A stretch of DNA of 64,000 bases from Lepidodermella squamata. Taxonomy: Eukaryota; Animalia; Gastrotricha. The stretch is taken from contig JBLDXI010000003.1 of NCBI GenBank assembly GCA_047495785.1, positions 1,488,001 to 1,552,000 of the forward strand. The letters run 5' to 3'. Made by a program: the position numbers and the translations under genes. Positions within the stretch are counted from its first letter, which is position 1; the number at the start of each line of letters is the position of its first letter. The notes under the pieces are model-generated. The model was not told the origin of the DNA. It was given only the letters and a program-made list of their open reading frames with translations, and did no database searches. Positions 59,788-64,000 of this stretch are shown here, piece by piece.

Positions 59788-62783
59788 TATCCACCGTAAA
59801 AATCGTGATAAATAGCTCTATAACACTTAAACCGTTTGGAGGGTGATCAGCACGGTCGATAAGGCACCTTCTCTATTTAAAAAGTGGCGCAATTAATAAC
59901 GATCATTAGCGGCGCGTCAAAAGCTGGAGCGTAAAAATTAATCTCTAAAATAAACAACTTTGAAAATGATAATGATAGCGCGGCGGGTGCGGATATCGTT
60001 TGAGGCGATCTCTCTCTCTCTATTTTCTATCGACTAGGTGCTAAAACTTGGTGGTAGGTCTATATGCGCGCACCAGTGTAATGAGTAATGATAACGAGCG
60101 CGCGCACGGGTCGGTTCCACTGTAATAAGATCTGATCGCGGCGCTCAACGCGCGTGCGTCTTTTGACCGCGGCGCGCCCTTCCGAGGCGCTAAATTGCAC
60201 GCACCCGTCAATCATCGTCACGCTAAACGCTCAACTAGATAACAATCGACTACCAGCGCCCGCACTTGTGCGATATCTTGAACCCAATTCAACAGTGATT
60301 ACGAACCTAAAATGCTGGTGAAAAATCGGCAAAGTCAAAAACTTTTTACGTGATGCCATCTTAGCGGAAAAATTCGAATCAAACAAAAATAAAACTAGTT
60401 CGTAACATAAATTTTTACCTTAATTTTTTCGAAATTCTTGAATATTTTAGTTCGAAAATGGAAAAATGAAAAAATTATCCCAATTATCTTCATTTCTCAA
60501 TAGTCCGCTACTAATCGTAGGTGAATGGGCTCGAAAAGTTATTTCAACTGTGTCTAAGGTATGAACGATACGCGTAAAATCGCTCAGAATTGGAAAACTG
60601 TAAATTGGGCTAAAATCTGGCCTTGGTAATTAATAGTTGCAATAATTTTAAAGTGATGGGTTTGATGTAACATGACTTGGTCGAAACTGCCAAAAAATCA
60701 CATTTCGTTCCGCTATTTCACGTTATATAGTCAATTTTCGACGCGCACCAAACGGGCGCAATCAATCGACGGGCGCGTACTTGCGTACTGCGCGTTGTCT
60801 TGGTGCAGGAATTTGCAGTAAGAATCTTCACGATGATGATGATGATACGTTTCTCGTTTGATTGGCCGGAAAAAATTGTCCAGGTGGATGCAGCTGGCTG
60901 GCGCTCGCAAAACCGGTTGAGCGTAACACATCGCGCGCGCGCATCATTATATAATTATGTAATTGCGCGCACTTTTGTTTACTCATCGCGCAGCTTATAT
61001 ATTATCGCAACTATGATAACTCGGTATACTTACCATCATTACAGTATATCGCGATTAAACAACCAGGGTAATAATATAACCAATTTTTAAGTGTAACAAA
61101 AACACGGCAATAAAAGATCGGTATCTCGATTTTTATTGATCGCCAATCACTCAGTTGAGAATAATAATCGTAATGTTCATCGGGTTATTCACCTATATAA
61201 TATTATGATCGAAAATCGAAAATTGATATAAATAAATATTAAGGCTGCGGTTTTAATTATTTATTTTAAACACCCGTTTTCTAGATTATTTCAGCAGATT
61301 ATTCTTCGTCTATTATATTCAGCAGCAGCTCAATATATACCCGACATTATAATGCGATAAAACCTGCGATTCGATAATTGAAGCATCATGAACTTGACCT
61401 AAATCATGAAGATAATAACAGATTAAAAAATGTGATTTTTCGGTCATTTGACGCACGTCTGTTGATTAGGCCGAGTCATATATCATATTAAAACACTGAC
61501 AGGGTGACACAATAATGAAAATTGACCAAGTTTTAATTTCACACCTCTTCATCATCATCATTCACACTTAAAACGAGAATACGAGAGCGAATAATCATCG
61601 TTCAAATAATATCTACACCCTCGCAATTTTTCTTAAATTTTCTGCGCAAATTAAAATATTCATTTATCCGCGTATGTTCGCCATTATCGCAAATATATCA
61701 CCGGCGTAGAGTTTACTTAAAACAATTGAATCGCCATCATAACTCATCGTGGTTTGTTTAGCTGCTGAATTTTTAATGATTATGATACGAGCCCCATTTA
61801 GATCAATAATTCAACAAATTAAAAGGGTGATAAATTGCGAGAGCCGAGCGCGACAGCGAGCAGAAAAAAAATTGTCAAATCTCACGCCGGTGCAGAACAA
61901 AACAGGGGACACGCGCGGCTCGTAATGGCATTAGAAATGCTGCTGGCACGCACTGCCCTATCGATAATTGAGAGCGCCTCGTGAGCCACGCGCGCGCTCG
62001 CGCCTCCGTTCCAACCCTCGCGCGTACACAGACAACGCTCGTTTTGTGTGTTTAAAACTAATGACAATAATATTATTTTTTTTCTATAATTTTTATAGCT
62101 TTCGTCATAAAACTCACGTTTTACTTTCAACATAGGACATTTGGTGCAGTTTTCTATAATTGGCCCTCGTTTGAGCCCTGTCAAAACGAAGTTTTTCGGT
62201 GATAAGTCGAACATTGTTTACGACGAACCCAATCTTCTATAGACCATTTGATCACATAACTCTGGTTTATAGATCAATTTTTGTCTTTAAACACCCCCTG
62301 CATCTCGGCGACCTAGCTAGCCGGACCATAACAGCCCTGGAAAAGGGGATATATATCCGCATAGCCCAAAGTCTGTGTTAAACTGTGCCTATTTTTACCG
62401 TTATTAACTAGAGATTATTTCGAGTAATGGACATTTCAATATGAAGATACATTACATTTCTTAAGCCTGATTTTTCCGTAAAGCGTGGGCGCGGGGCACA
62501 CTTAACGGTAAATTGATATTTTTAATTGATTTGACCCCTATTAAATTATGAGATAATCCGATTTTGTGTTAATTTCCTCACAAATCAGATCTAAGGCCAC
62601 GGACTTGATAGCTAAAAATTGATTAAAATTATCCTTTAATTGATTTAACCCTAGAATTATAAGGCATGATTTAATCAGAAATATTTTTTGTCAAATTCAC
62701 AACCGAATTTTAGGTCACGCAATTATCATTTTTTTAAACACCCTGCTTTTCATTACCATATATAGAATTTAGAGAAATACGAA

Positions 62784-63705
62784 ATGAATAACTTATTACA
62801 GCGAAACTTTTTCGTCTTCATTGCGGTTGGACTCGGGTGTCATTTCACCGTTTTTGCTGCGGATGAAAATGCCGTCGAAAATGAATATTCAGAGGAAGAC
62901 GCAGCCGGAGATTTCGGCAGCCTCGTCAGGTTCGAATAAATTAATTTTACAAATTTGTTCTAATTTTTTTTCACCATGCAGTAAACGAATTGTTCCTTTT
63001 ATGGTCGTGAAACCAAAATATCGGCTAAGGGACGAAGCTTTGAGGCGGATGTTAGATCAGCAAGGCCCCGAGTGAGTTTATTTTCCCGAAATTCGAACTA
63101 TAATTATTTTTTATTATTTTTATTTATTTATTTATTTATTTATTATTTTTAGAAGCAAGCGTATCGTACCATTTATGATTGTGAAGCCAAAATATCGAGC
63201 AAGGGATGGCGATGATCTGAGGCGAATGATGACTCAGCAAGCTCGAAGGTGAGAATTAAAAAAAATTGAAAAATAGGGCAAAAATTCGATTATTTAATTA
63301 TTAATTAATTATTAATCCATGGAAATTAATTACTTATTATTTATATTTTAATTAATAATTTGATAATTAATTTGATTGATTTTTTATTAATTTTTTTTCC
63401 TATTTTTTTAAATTTTTTTTAGCAAGCGAATGGTTCCGTTTGTGAATATGAGACATCGTTATCACCAAAAAGGGGACGGCGAGTCGCTGCGGCGGTTGGC
63501 TATGCAAGTTCGCCAGTCACCCGAGTCGACGGGCTTCGAGCGCCTGGGCGCTGATCTCAAGCGCATCGTCTTACGCAGCGGCGGCGTGTCGAAGCGCGCA
63601 ATTTCCGACACTGAAATGGATTTCCACGCACACCGGCCTGCTGGCAAAGACGGCCGATACAAAGGCCCCATTGTTCAACAACTCGGCGAATATTTATTTT
63701 TCTAA
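62784..63705 (+). CDS. Neuropeptide-like prepro-protein, 4 exons
   Basis: Signal MNNLLQRNFFVFIAVGLGCHFTVFA, an acidic spacer, then three exons each starting SKR-[IM]VPF[MV]...LRR[ML]..Q, plus further KR sites. All junctions in frame. Confidence 0.75.
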
Positions 63706-64000
63706 ATTTCCTCACAAGACAACAAAATATAATATATCGCTTGCATATATCGTATCTATTCTATAACACATTAGCCACAGTTTTGTCTGAAAAAAATCTG
63801 AAAATATTTCAGGCAAATCAATAAAAAAATATGTTTCAAAAAAATTTGAAATGTGAGCACGTGACCTAATTTGTTTGCGGAGTTTTTTTTCTCGATTTTT
63901 ATTTCGAACAAGCACTTAACTGCCTGGGTTGTCCTATCATTTTAGAACAAATATCGGGTGCCAAGTGACGCGTGATAATAAATGACATGTATTATAATTG

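Overview
Eukaryotic, very probably invertebrate-animal, genomic DNA: many ~45-60 bp GT-AG introns, a TCF21/musculin-type bHLH gene, Cys-loop channels and TTAGGG repeats. The left ~38 kb is a duplicated, transposon-rich cluster of secreted and surface-protein genes. It holds two inverted paralogues of a Cys-loop ligand-gated ion channel spliced in frame to two L-type-lectin-like domains and a Ser/Thr stalk, four copies of a secreted peptide precursor family ending in ..K[PT]VxVSFRV, and two copies of a strongly cationic secreted protein. It also holds five tRNA genes, a full-length Helitron, an intact-looking Crypton (tyrosine recombinase) element, MULE and LINE relics, and several MITEs. At 40.5-43.3 kb (- strand) a non-coding, TOP-initiated host transcript carries two alternating intronic H/ACA-type RNAs. 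One fits a guide for 18S rRNA pseudouridine ~105; the other is a ~240-nt three-hairpin orphan. The right part has a many-exon secreted Cys-rich repeat gene (with a degenerate paralogue at 1.1-2.6 kb), orphan ORFs, TCF21/MSC and a neuropeptide-like precursor. All gene models were spliced by eye and no database search was run.
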